64,000 bases of DNA from Hyphomicrobiales bacterium (GTDB taxonomy: Bacteria; Pseudomonadota; Alphaproteobacteria; Rhizobiales; NORP267), in contig JAUYJB010000034.1 in NCBI GenBank assembly GCA_030688605.1, positions 113-64,112 of the forward strand, read 5' to 3'. Below the pieces are notes generated by a model. It had not been told where the DNA came from and ran no database searches. It saw only the letters and a list, made by a program, of their open reading frames with translations. Position 1 is the first letter of the stretch; each line of letters opens with the position of its first letter. The position numbers and the translations under genes were made by a program. Positions 1 to 8,626 of the stretch are shown piece after piece.

Positions 1-60
1 CTGCCCGGATGAACCGATTTGGCCCATCGAATCGATCCCCTATAACCATGAACCGCTCTA
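1..60. repeat. Dispersed intergenic repeat, copy A (left side cut by window edge)
   Basis: 47 of 60 positions are identical in an ungapped hand alignment with 36510-36569. The shared core is CCGGATGAACCGATTTGRCCCATC. Both copies lie just upstream of a + strand start codon. Confidence 0.6.
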
Positions 61-99
61 CAATGAACGGGTAGCTCAAACCCCGTTCAGGAGGTTCCC

Positions 100-411
100 A
101 TGAAGCGCACAGGCTCTGTCCTTGCCGCCGCGTTTTTGGCGGCGTTCGCGCTTGCCGCGCCCATCACCCTTGCCGAGGAGCCGGTCGATGCCGTGCCGTC
201 GGCGAAGCTGCTGCTCGCCCGGGCGATCGACGCGCGAGAAGCGCCGCAATGCCTGCCCGGCGACGCCGGCCAGTGCGGCCCGGCCGGTCCGCGTCTTGCC
301 GCCGGCGCCGAATGCCCGGCGGCGAGCGGCAAATACTGCTCCGACGAGCTTCCCTATTGCTGCGGCACCCCCGGCAACTATTACTGCGCCAAGGACGTGA
401 ACAGTTGCTGA
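100..411 (+). CDS. Small secreted cysteine-rich protein (hypothetical)
   Basis: AGGAGG at 89-94 lies 5 nt before the ATG. The N-terminus MKRTGSVLAAAFLAAFALAAPITLA looks like a signal peptide. The C-terminal 55 aa contain 8 Cys (QC..QC..EC..YC..CC..YC..SC). I recognise no family. Confidence 0.6.
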   Translation: MKRTGSVLAAAFLAAFALAAPITLAEEPVDAVPSAKLLLARAIDAREAPQCLPGDAGQCGPAGPRLAAGAECPAASGKYCSDELPYCCGTPGNYYCAKDVNSC

Positions 412-467
412 GGAACGAAGAGAACGCGCCGGCCTTCAGCGACGGCCGCCAGTCCGAGCGCGCGCTC

Positions 468-890
468 ATGGTCCAGCGCGGCGTCTGCCGGCTGTTCGCG
501 GCCCACGGTTTTGCCACGGTCAGCGAGGTGACGCTCGCCTCCGGCCGGCGCGCCGACGTGGTCGGCCTCGGCGCCAGGGGCGAGGTCTGGATCGTCGAGA
601 TCAAGACCAGCGTCGAGGATTACCGGGCCGACTGCAAATGGCCGGACTATCTCGATTTCTGCGACAGCTTCTTTTTCGCCACCCACGCCCAAGTGCCGGC
701 CGCGATCTTCCCCGAGGAAACCGGGCTGATCATCGCCGATCCCTATGGCGGCGAGATCCTCCGCGCCTGCCCTCACGGCCCTCTGGCGCCGGCGCGGCGC
801 AAGGCGATGACCTTGCGCGTGGCGCAAATCGCAGCCCAGCGGCTGCACGCGCTGACGGACCCTTCCTTCGACGGCGGCGTCAGGTCCTAA
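468..890 (+). CDS. MmcB-like PD-(D/E)XK nuclease-fold DNA repair protein
   Basis: The translation has ADVVGLGARGEVWIVEIKTS (D..E.K nuclease-like motif) and KWPDYLDFCDSFFFA, resembling the MmcB family from memory. The first ATG is at 468. A TTG at 405 is an alternative start. The 249 start in the track overlaps the previous gene and is unlikely. Confidence 0.6.
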   Translation: MVQRGVCRLFAAHGFATVSEVTLASGRRADVVGLGARGEVWIVEIKTSVEDYRADCKWPDYLDFCDSFFFATHAQVPAAIFPEETGLIIADPYGGEILRACPHGPLAPARRKAMTLRVAQIAAQRLHALTDPSFDGGVRS

Positions 891-959
891 CGCATGATTG
901 GGTCAAGCGTAGCCATTTGACCCGGACGGCGCCGCCGGGTCCGGTCGGGCGACTGCTTC

Positions 960-2024
960 TTAAGGTTCGGGAAAGATCAGGCGGAGCCGCCGCTCGATCT
1001 TGTCGCGCAACCCGTCGCGGAGATCGGACACGGCCCAGACTTCCTCCCGTCCGGCTCGATGGCTGCGCACCCAGGGATGCAGACGGTAGCGGCGGATTTC
1101 GCCGCGACGCGGACCGCCGGCGCGGATGCCGATTTCGAGCAGCCCGAATAGTCTCGTCGGCCAAGTGGCCCGCGGGAACGCCGTGCCGAGAACATCGCCC
1201 AGACTGTAGGCGCAGAGCCCCCGGTCGAAGCGCTCCATCGGCTGCAGAACGTGCGGGTGTTGCCCGACGATCAGGTCGACGCCGCCGCGCGCGAGCCGCG
1301 CGGCGCGGGCGCGCGTTTCCGGCTGCGGGAAATGGCGGAACTCGAAATCCCAGTGCGGCAATGCGATTAGCGTGTCGAGACGGTGCTGTTTCTTGAGGCC
1401 GGGCCAGTCGAGGCCGTCGGCGTCGCGTCCGAACCAAACATGTTTGCGGGCAGTCTCGGGGTGCCGGTTGATCCACTCCGTCGAAGCGGTGAATCCGAGT
1501 CGCAGCCCTCGGTGCTCGACGGTCGTCAGCGGCGGCCGGCCGGCGTCGCGGCATCCGATGACCGCGATACCGCGTTCCTCCAGAACCGAGACCGTCTCCA
1601 ACAAACCCTCGACGCCGCAATCCAGGGCGTGGTTGTTGGCGAGCGAGAGGCAAAGCTTGCCGGCGGACACTCGGAAGGCGTCGAGGAAGCCGTCGATAAA
1701 GCTCGCATCCGCGTAGTGGCCAAGACCGAGGCGCTGCCTGGCGCCGGGCGCGACGTTCTTCGTCACCGGCGTCTCGCAATTGCCGACCACGATATCGGCG
1801 CGGCGGAACAGTTCGCGCATCTCCTTGGGCGCGGCGGAAATCGTGGGGTTGGCGACGTTCGAGATATCGCCGAAGAACAGCAGATCGACCGTCTTTGACC
1901 TGCCGTCCTCGCCAGCCGCAAGCCCTTGCAGCGGTTGGCGCTCGAACGATTCCGGCATCCGCGCCGACGGGCTCAGAAATCGCGGCAGCCAGGACAATCT
2001 ATAAGCAAGCGGAAAGTTGGACAT
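960..2024 (-). CDS. CapA-family (poly-gamma-glutamate capsule synthesis-like) metallophosphoesterase
   Basis: Motifs DLLFFGD, GNCETP, LANNHALDCG and PHWDFE are typical of the CapA/PGA_cap family. Start chosen at MSNFPL (2024). The ORF extends to 2075. Confidence 0.7.
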   Translation of the reverse strand: MSNFPLAYRLSWLPRFLSPSARMPESFERQPLQGLAAGEDGRSKTVDLLFFGDISNVANPTISAAPKEMRELFRRADIVVGNCETPVTKNVAPGARQRLGLGHYADASFIDGFLDAFRVSAGKLCLSLANNHALDCGVEGLLETVSVLEERGIAVIGCRDAGRPPLTTVEHRGLRLGFTASTEWINRHPETARKHVWFGRDADGLDWPGLKKQHRLDTLIALPHWDFEFRHFPQPETRARAARLARGGVDLIVGQHPHVLQPMERFDRGLCAYSLGDVLGTAFPRATWPTRLFGLLEIGIRAGGPRRGEIRRYRLHPWVRSHRAGREEVWAVSDLRDGLRDKIERRLRLIFPEP

Positions 2025-2079
2025 GAAGGGCCCACGCGCCCGGTGGACCGGCGGACGCTCCGGCCGTATCCGCACGGCC

Positions 2080-2544
2080 TCAATAGTCCGTCAGCTCTCC
2101 ATTCGTGAATTGGCAATTGCGATGGACACCGAACAATGCGTAATAGCATTCGCCCGCGCCGTGCGCGACGCCGTTCACGAACGGGCCGCGAAACCAGTTG
2201 CCGTTCTCGTCGACGAGATATCCGACTCCGGTCCGCAGGCCTTTGTCGTACCAGCCATCGAAGCGGGCGATGACTGACCCGTTCGACTTGTGCGTCCAGA
2301 TCAGCGTGCCCGGCCCGTGGACCTTGCCTTCAACGCACTCCCCTATCCAGTTTGGAACATCATCCGGGCCGGGATCGCTGTTCCACACTTCACATCCGGT
2401 CGTCGTGGCGACCCATGCCCCGGTCTCCTGCGCAAAGCCCGGAGGGGCCGGAACGAAAATCATGCCGGCGACAGCCAGGAAAATCGCGGCCCCCTTCGGG
2501 CGCGGCGGACGGGCACGGTCAGGCTTGCGTACCCCACTCGACAT
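2080..2544 (-). CDS. Secreted protein with MORN-like Gly/aromatic repeats (hypothetical)
   Basis: ATG at 2544. A hydrophobic signal-like segment AAIFLAVAGMIFVPAPPGFA is present. Repeated G-x-G / W-Y-x-G patterns occur (GKVHGPGTLIW, DGWYDKGLRTGVGY, FVNGVAHGAGECYY). Confidence 0.55.
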   Translation of the reverse strand: MSSGVRKPDRARPPRPKGAAIFLAVAGMIFVPAPPGFAQETGAWVATTTGCEVWNSDPGPDDVPNWIGECVEGKVHGPGTLIWTHKSNGSVIARFDGWYDKGLRTGVGYLVDENGNWFRGPFVNGVAHGAGECYYALFGVHRNCQFTNGELTDY

Positions 2545-2677
2545 CGGCCTTCTCCCATCTCAATGTGGTCGGTTCCCCGACATCTTAAACGAAGTCGGTG
2601 ATGGGTGACAGGCGTGCCCATCCGGCGGGGACCTACGTCACGGTCGGACGGTTAATTCCACCCAGGCGCAAGAGGCT

Positions 2678-3223
2678 CTATCGCGGCGCGCGCTTGGCGA
2701 GGATGCGCTGCAGGGTGCGCCGGTGCATGTTCAACCGCCGCGCCGTCTCCGAGACGTTGCGGTTGCATAATTCGTAAACGCGCTGAATGTGCTCCCAGCG
2801 TACCCGATCCGCCGACATCGGGTTTTCCGGCGGCTCAGGTTTGGCGGTCGGGTCGGCGATCAGCGCCGCATAGACCTCGTCGGCGTCGGCCGGCTTGGCC
2901 AGATAGTCGATGGCGCCCTGCTTCACGGCGGTCACCGCGGTTGCGATATTGCCATAGCCGGTGAGGATGATGGCGCGCGAATCCGGGTGGCGTCTCTTGA
3001 GATGTTGGATCACGTCGAGCCCGTTTCCATCGCCAAGACGCATATCGATCACGGCGTAGGCGGGCTTGAAGTCCTCCACCAGGCGCAAGCTATCGGCGAC
3101 CGTCTCCGCGGTGGCGACGGTGAAGCCGCGCATTTCCATGGCGCGGGCAAGCCGGTTGCGGAAGGGCCGGTCGTCGTCGGCAATCAGCAGCGAGCGGGGC
3201 TCGGGCGGCTTTGTCTCAGACAT
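2678..3223 (-). CDS. actR: Two-component response regulator ActR/RegA/PrrA family
   Basis: Receiver domain (LLIADDD, DMRLGDGNG, LTGYGNIATAV) plus the C-terminal HTH NVSETARRLNMHRRTLQRIL characteristic of RegA/ActR. Start at MSETK (3223). MIMSETK at 3229 is also possible. Confidence 0.9.
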   Translation of the reverse strand: MSETKPPEPRSLLIADDDRPFRNRLARAMEMRGFTVATAETVADSLRLVEDFKPAYAVIDMRLGDGNGLDVIQHLKRRHPDSRAIILTGYGNIATAVTAVKQGAIDYLAKPADADEVYAALIADPTAKPEPPENPMSADRVRWEHIQRVYELCNRNVSETARRLNMHRRTLQRILAKRAPR

Positions 3224-3310
3224 GATCATTCCTTCGTGTAGCTGCATGCCGCGGTTCCCTCCTTGGCCCTCAGTGCCGCGCGGTGTGTCCGGCGAACACT
3301 TTGCATGTAT

Positions 3311-3356
3311 AATATTTGCCGAAAATATTTTCAGATGTAATTGATCGACATCAATT
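3311..3356. promoter_or_regulatory. Two perfect AT-rich palindromes in the actS-actR spacer
   Basis: AATATTT-GCCGA-AAATATT lies at 3311-3329 and AATTGAT-CGAC-ATCAATT at 3339-3356, inside the 148-nt gap between the actS stop and the actR start. Function is not established. Confidence 0.3.
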
Positions 3357-3371
3357 ATCGGCAATTCCGGC

Positions 3372-4706
3372 TCAGGCCCTGGCACCGATATCGAGATCGA
3401 TCGCCGCCCGAGGCCAGCTCACGGTCACCACCGCGCCGGTCTGCGGCGGCGGTCGGTTGGCGAGCTCAACCGTGGCGTCGAAACGCTCGAGCAGAGTCTT
3501 GGCGATGAAAAAACCGAGGCCGAGGCCGAACTCGCCCTCCGGGCTCTTGTGGCGCGAGATGCCGCGGGTCGTGACATAGGGCTCGCCGAGCTTGCCGATC
3601 ACGTCGGCGCCGAAACCGGGACCATCGTCGGCAATGGTGATGCGCACCGTCTCCAGTGTCCAATCGGCGGTGATCACCACCTCGCGTCGGGCAAAATCGA
3701 CCGCGTTTTCGACCAGATTGCCCAGACCGTGCAATATTGCGGCATTGCGCTGGCCGATCGGTTCGTGGGCGCCTGCGCCCTCCTTTACGCCAGACAGGAC
3801 GACGCGGATGTCGACGCCGAATTCTCGATGCGGAGCCACGACTTCCTCGATCATGGCGCTGAGCGGCATGCGCGTGAAATGGGCGTCTGGCGCCTGGCTG
3901 AGGGAGGTCAGCTCGGCGAGGATGTCGCGGCAGCGGTCGGCCTGGGCTTTGAGCAGCTCGATGTCCTCGGCCGCCGGGTCGTCCGGCGCGGTTGCCCGCA
4001 ACAATTCCTTGGCGACAATGGAGATGGTGCCGAGCGGCGTGCCGAGCTCATGGGCGGCGGCGGCGGCGAGGCCGTCCAGTGCCGAAAGCTCTTTTTCGCG
4101 GGCAAGCACGACCTCGGTCGCGGCCAGCGCGTCCGACATCAGCCGTGCCTCCTCGGCGATGCGCCGGGCATGCATGCCCATGAACCCGAGACAGCAGACA
4201 AGGGCGACGTAGACGCCGGCGACGTAAAGCAGCGGCAGGTCAACGGTCTCGTTGGGGAACCAGGGCAAAGGCAAATGGGCGACGATCAGGACGCTTGCGG
4301 AAAGCACGACCAAGGCCGCGAGAGCCAAGGTCGGCCGCAGCGGCAGCGAGGTCGCCGACACCATCACCGGCACCAGCAGGAGGACGGCAAACGGGTTTTG
4401 CAGCCCACCGGTCAGATAGAGTAGGCCTATGAGCTGCACGATGTCGTACCCGAGCAGCAGCGCGGCGTGCTCCGGCGCGAGTCGCACGCGGGCCGCGAAG
4501 CTGAACGAGAGATAGACGTTGAGGCACACGGAAAGCGCGATGAGCACCAGACAGGGCGCCAGCGGCAGTGGAAAGCCCAAGCCAAAATAGACAAGCAGCA
4601 CGGCGGCCGTTTGCCCGGTCACGGCAATCCAGCGCAGGCGCACCAATGTCTGCAGCCGCAGATGCTGGCGACCGGGTTGCGGACCAGAGGAAGTCATGTA
4701 TTTCAT
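3372..4706 (-). CDS. actS: Redox-responsive sensor histidine kinase ActS/RegB/PrrB family
   Basis: Multi-pass membrane N-terminus containing GGLQNPF (RegB quinone-site motif). H-box AAAAHELGTPLG, a Cys-containing RCRDIL segment, and ATP-lid DDGPGF / GLGLGFFI are present. It lies directly upstream of actR. Start is ambiguous (4706, 4697 or 4742). Confidence 0.85.
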   Translation of the reverse strand: MKYMTSSGPQPGRQHLRLQTLVRLRWIAVTGQTAAVLLVYFGLGFPLPLAPCLVLIALSVCLNVYLSFSFAARVRLAPEHAALLLGYDIVQLIGLLYLTGGLQNPFAVLLLVPVMVSATSLPLRPTLALAALVVLSASVLIVAHLPLPWFPNETVDLPLLYVAGVYVALVCCLGFMGMHARRIAEEARLMSDALAATEVVLAREKELSALDGLAAAAAHELGTPLGTISIVAKELLRATAPDDPAAEDIELLKAQADRCRDILAELTSLSQAPDAHFTRMPLSAMIEEVVAPHREFGVDIRVVLSGVKEGAGAHEPIGQRNAAILHGLGNLVENAVDFARREVVITADWTLETVRITIADDGPGFGADVIGKLGEPYVTTRGISRHKSPEGEFGLGLGFFIAKTLLERFDATVELANRPPPQTGAVVTVSWPRAAIDLDIGARA

Positions 4707-4786
4707 GCTGCCGACCGTAATTGCCGCCGATCGCAAGCGCAACGCGGCACGTTGCGGAAGGCCTAATTGCGAATATCCTGCAGACC

Positions 4787-5560
4787 ATGAGAGCCGAACC
4801 CAACGGAGCGGCCGTCAGGGCCCTCGATCTGACCAAGCTCTACCGCAACATCCTCGCGGTCGACCGCATCAATTTCACCGTCCCGCGCGGTGCCGTCGTC
4901 GGCCTGCTTGGTGGCAACGGCGCCGGCAAGACCACGACCATCGCCATGATCTTGGGCCTGGTGCTGCCGACGCGCGGGCAGATCACCGTGCTCGGCGAAG
5001 ACATGGTCCGCTACCGCCACCGTGTGCTGGGGCGGATGAATTTCGAAAGCCCCTATGTGAGCATGCCGATGCGGCTGACGGTTCGCCAGAACCTCACCGT
5101 ATATGGCAGGCTCTATGGGCTCGGCGCGCTGAAAGAACGGATCGGCGCGCTCGCCTCGGCGCTCGACCTCGACGAGCTGATCGATCGCCCCTGCGGCAAG
5201 CTTTCGGCCGGCCAGCGCACCCGCGTCGGACTTGCCAAGGCGCTGATCAACGAGCCGGAACTCTTGCTGCTCGACGAGCCGACCGCATCGCTTGATCCCG
5301 ACACCGCCGATTGGGTCCGCGGGCACCTGGAGCGCTATCGCAAGGCCCGCGGGGCGACGATCCTGCTTGCCTCCCATAACATGCCGGAGGTCGAGCGGTT
5401 GTGCGACAAGGTCGTCATCATGAAGCGCGGCCGGATTGTCGATGAGGGTTCGCCCGAAGCGCTGATCCGCCGTTTCGGCCGCACCACGCTTGAGGACGTG
5501 TTCCTCACCGTCGCCCGCTCCGACGACGCCGGCGCCGGAGCGCCTGCGGGGGGTGCCTGA
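4787..5560 (+). CDS. ABC transporter ATP-binding protein (ABC-2 type)
   Basis: Walker A GGNGAGKTT, signature LSAGQRTR and Walker B LLLLDEPT. ATG at 4787 (MRAEPNG). Confidence 0.85.
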   Translation: MRAEPNGAAVRALDLTKLYRNILAVDRINFTVPRGAVVGLLGGNGAGKTTTIAMILGLVLPTRGQITVLGEDMVRYRHRVLGRMNFESPYVSMPMRLTVRQNLTVYGRLYGLGALKERIGALASALDLDELIDRPCGKLSAGQRTRVGLAKALINEPELLLLDEPTASLDPDTADWVRGHLERYRKARGATILLASHNMPEVERLCDKVVIMKRGRIVDEGSPEALIRRFGRTTLEDVFLTVARSDDAGAGAPAGGA

Positions 5561-6390
5561 TGCCGATGGCGATGGGACCTCGCCCCGGCGCCGCGATGGC
5601 GAGCGCAAGGCGCATCGGCGCCATGATCCTGCGCTACTGGTACCTTTTGAGAAGCTCCTGGCCGCGTCTCTTGGAGCTCGTCTACTGGCCGGCGGTGCAG
5701 ATGCTGATGTGGGGCTTCCTGCAGACATATCTGTACGAAAGGACCGGTATTCCTGCGGCCGCCGCCGGCGCTCTGCTCGGCGCGGTGCTGCTCTGGGACA
5801 TCCTGTTCCGCGGCCAGATCGGCTTTTCCATCTCGTTCCTGGAGGAGATGTGGGCGCGCAATCTCGGCCATCTGATGATCTCGCCGTTGCGCACCGGCGA
5901 GTTCGTCGCAGCGCTCATGGTGATGAGTGTCATCCGCGTCATCATCGGCCTCGGCCCGGTGACTTTGATGGCGCTGGTCTTCTTCGGCTTCAACGTCTTC
6001 TCCCTCGGCCTGGCGCTTGCCGGCTTCTTTTTGGTGCTGATCGCGACGAGTTGGTCGATCGGTCTCGTAGTCTGCGGGCTGGTGCTGCGCCAGGGGCTGG
6101 GGGCGGAGAGCCTTGCCTGGTCGCTGATCTTCCTGCTGCTGCCGCTCGCCTGCGTCTATTACCCTGTCTCGACCCTGCCGGAATGGCTGCAATATGTCTC
6201 GCTTTCGCTACCGCCGACCTATGTCTTCGAGGGCATGCGCGCGGTCCTGATCGACGGCGTATTCCGCGGCGATCTATTGCTGCGCGGGCTTCTGCTCAAT
6301 GTCGTCTACATGGCCGTTGGCCTGGCCTGCTTCTACGCGCTGATGCGGTCGGCCCGCGTCCACGGCTCGCTGCTCGTTAGCGGCGAATAG
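5560..6390 (+). CDS. ABC-2 family transporter permease
   Basis: The start ATG overlaps the upstream stop by 1 nt (TGATG). Six predicted hydrophobic segments. It is paired with the preceding ATPase. Confidence 0.8.
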   Translation: MPMAMGPRPGAAMASARRIGAMILRYWYLLRSSWPRLLELVYWPAVQMLMWGFLQTYLYERTGIPAAAAGALLGAVLLWDILFRGQIGFSISFLEEMWARNLGHLMISPLRTGEFVAALMVMSVIRVIIGLGPVTLMALVFFGFNVFSLGLALAGFFLVLIATSWSIGLVVCGLVLRQGLGAESLAWSLIFLLLPLACVYYPVSTLPEWLQYVSLSLPPTYVFEGMRAVLIDGVFRGDLLLRGLLLNVVYMAVGLACFYALMRSARVHGSLLVSGE

Positions 6391-6481
6391 GCCGCGATGG
6401 CCTTGGCGGGTTCGCCCGGTTTCCCTAGACTGGATCACATGATGGGCGAAATGTCGCCGTCTGCATTCCGGGGAGGAGGCA

Positions 6482-6901
6482 ATGTTCAAGGAATTCAAGG
6501 AATTTGCCATGCGCGGCAACGTCGTCGACATGGCGGTCGGCATCGTCATCGGCGCCGCCTTTTCGACCATCGTGAAATCGCTGGTCGACGACATCTTGAT
6601 GCCGCCAATCGGATTGATCCTCGGCGGTGTCGACTTTTCGAACATCTTCATCACGCTCACGGGGACCGGCGACTACGCCTCGTTGAAGGCGGCCCAGGAC
6701 GCAGGCGCGGTGACGCTGAACATTGGGGTGTTCATCAACGCCGTCATCAGCTTTCTGATCGTGGCATTCGCGCTGTATCTGGTCATCAAGGGAATGAACC
6801 AACTCAAGCGCAAGCAGGAGGAAAAGCCCAAGGAGGCGCCGCCGCCGCGCGAGGTCCAGCTCCTGGAGGAAATCCGCGACGCGCTCGTGAAGACCCGTTA
6901 A
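6482..6901 (+). CDS. mscL: Large-conductance mechanosensitive channel
   Basis: [27 protein letters not shown]...DDILMPPIG is the canonical MscL N-terminus. Length is 139 aa. Confidence 0.95.
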   Translation: MFKEFKEFAMRGNVVDMAVGIVIGAAFSTIVKSLVDDILMPPIGLILGGVDFSNIFITLTGTGDYASLKAAQDAGAVTLNIGVFINAVISFLIVAFALYLVIKGMNQLKRKQEEKPKEAPPPREVQLLEEIRDALVKTR

Positions 6902-6931
6902 CGGTCCGGCATCACCTGGGTCGGAAAGGCT

Positions 6932-8410
6932 CTAAAGGCCCTTCGTCAGGCTGCCGAGTATGCCGCGCATGAGGGCGCGACCGAGCTGAGAGCCGGCCGA
7001 ACGCACGACCGACTTGACCATCGCTTCGGCTGTCGACTGCCGCCGCGAGGCGGTGGCGCGCGTGCGCTGCGCCGTCTTTTGCTGCGCCTCCACCTCCGCC
7101 TCGCGCGTGTCGAGCGTGGCTTTCTCGCGGGCCCGCGCCTGAAGGATCTCGTAGGCGGATTCCCGGTCGACACTTGTATCGTACTGGCCAAGCAGCGGCG
7201 AAGCGTTGATCGTCGCGGCGCGCTCGGTTGCCAGGAGCGGGCCGAGACGCGAGGAGGGCGGGCGGATCAGGGTACGCTGGACGACGGACGGCGCGCCCTT
7301 CATTTCCAGCGTCGATACCAGCGCCTCGCCGACGCCGAGCTCGGTGATCACCCTTGCGGTATCGATCTCCGGGTTCGGCCGAAAGGTGTCGGCCGCGACC
7401 CGCACCGCCTTCTGCTCGCGCGGCGAATAGGCCCTCAGCGCATGCTGGATGCGGTTGCCGAGCTGGGCGAGCACGCTTTCCGGTATGTCGAGCGGGTTCT
7501 GGGTGACGAAATAGACGCCGACGCCCTTCGAGCGGATCAGCCGGACGACCTGCTCCACCTTGTCGATGAGCGCCCGCGGCGCCTCGTCGAACAGAATGTG
7601 CGCCTCGTCGAAGAAGAAAACGAGCCGCGGCTTGTCCGGATCGCCGACCTCGGGCAGCTCCTCGAACAGTTCGGACAAGAGCCACAGGAGAAAGGTCGCA
7701 TAGAGCCGCGGCGACATCATCAGCCGGTCGGCGGCGAGCACGCTGATATAGCCTCGCCCGTCGCGCGCGGTGCGCATGAGATCGGCGATATTGAACGCCG
7801 GCTCGCCGAAAAAACCCTCGCCGCCCTGCTGCTCCAGGACCAGAAACTGGCGCTGGATGGCGCCGATCGAGGCCTTGGAAACATTGCCGTATTCGGCGGT
7901 GACCTCGTCGGCGCGCTCGGCGAGGTCGACCAGCAGCGCGCGCAGATCCTTCAGGTCGAGCAGCAATAGCCCCTCCTCGTCGGCGATGCGGAAGGCGATG
8001 TTGAGAACCCCTTCCTGAACGTCGTTGAGGTCCATCAGTCGCGACAAGAGGAGCGGCCCCATCTCCGAGATGGTGGCGCGGATCGGATGGCCCTGGTCGC
8101 CGAACAGGTCCCAGAACATGGTTGGAAAGGTCTCGAAGACATATTCCTCGGCCAGTCCGATCTTTTCGGCACGTGCGATCAGGAAATCCTTGGACTCTCC
8201 GACCGCCGCGATGCCGGACAGATCGCCCTTCACGTCGGCGCAGAACACGGGGACACCGGCGTTGGAAAACCCTTCGGCCAGGATCTGCAGACTGACGGTC
8301 TTGCCGGTGCCCGTGGCGCCCGTGATCAGCCCGTGGCGATTGGCGAGCTTCAGTTCCAGATATTCCGGCTTGACGCTGGTGCCGATATAGACCTTGCCTT
8401 CTTCGAGCAT
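6932..8410 (-). CDS. HerA-like helicase domain protein (DUF853/YjgR-like ATPase)
   Basis: Walker A GATGTGKT and Walker B-like LVFFFDEAH. The C-terminal basic tail is typical of the YjgR family. Confidence 0.8.
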   Translation of the reverse strand: MLEEGKVYIGTSVKPEYLELKLANRHGLITGATGTGKTVSLQILAEGFSNAGVPVFCADVKGDLSGIAAVGESKDFLIARAEKIGLAEEYVFETFPTMFWDLFGDQGHPIRATISEMGPLLLSRLMDLNDVQEGVLNIAFRIADEEGLLLLDLKDLRALLVDLAERADEVTAEYGNVSKASIGAIQRQFLVLEQQGGEGFFGEPAFNIADLMRTARDGRGYISVLAADRLMMSPRLYATFLLWLLSELFEELPEVGDPDKPRLVFFFDEAHILFDEAPRALIDKVEQVVRLIRSKGVGVYFVTQNPLDIPESVLAQLGNRIQHALRAYSPREQKAVRVAADTFRPNPEIDTARVITELGVGEALVSTLEMKGAPSVVQRTLIRPPSSRLGPLLATERAATINASPLLGQYDTSVDRESAYEILQARAREKATLDTREAEVEAQQKTAQRTRATASRRQSTAEAMVKSVVRSAGSQLGRALMRGILGSLTKGL

Positions 8411-8626
8411 GACCGCCTATAGCCCTTCCGCCGAAATGATGCCCCCGCGCCGGTTATAGGGTTCGGTCTTGCCGCAGACAACGGTCCCGTGCGGCCGCGC
8501 GCGCGGCCCGCTGCCGGTGAGTGGAGAAAAAAGTGGCTGCGCTATTGGCAGGTCAAAGCGGGGCAGCATTCGGGACGATCGCGCAGGTCCCTGAGCCGCA
8601 AGGCCCATAACGCGACCATGAGGCGC

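Noticed and set aside
64-87. EcfG-type general-stress promoter (GAAC ... CGTT) upstream of the Cys-rich protein gene
   Set aside because: The -35 is TGAAC rather than GGAAC. The spacer is 15 nt by my count, not the 16-17 nt I recall for the consensus. The implied start would fall inside the AGGAGG ribosome-binding site.
249-467. N-terminal extension of the MmcB-like ORF to 249
   Set aside because: The extension overlaps the better-supported Cys-rich protein gene in another frame. It is Arg-rich junk, and the conserved MmcB-like sequence starts near 440-470.
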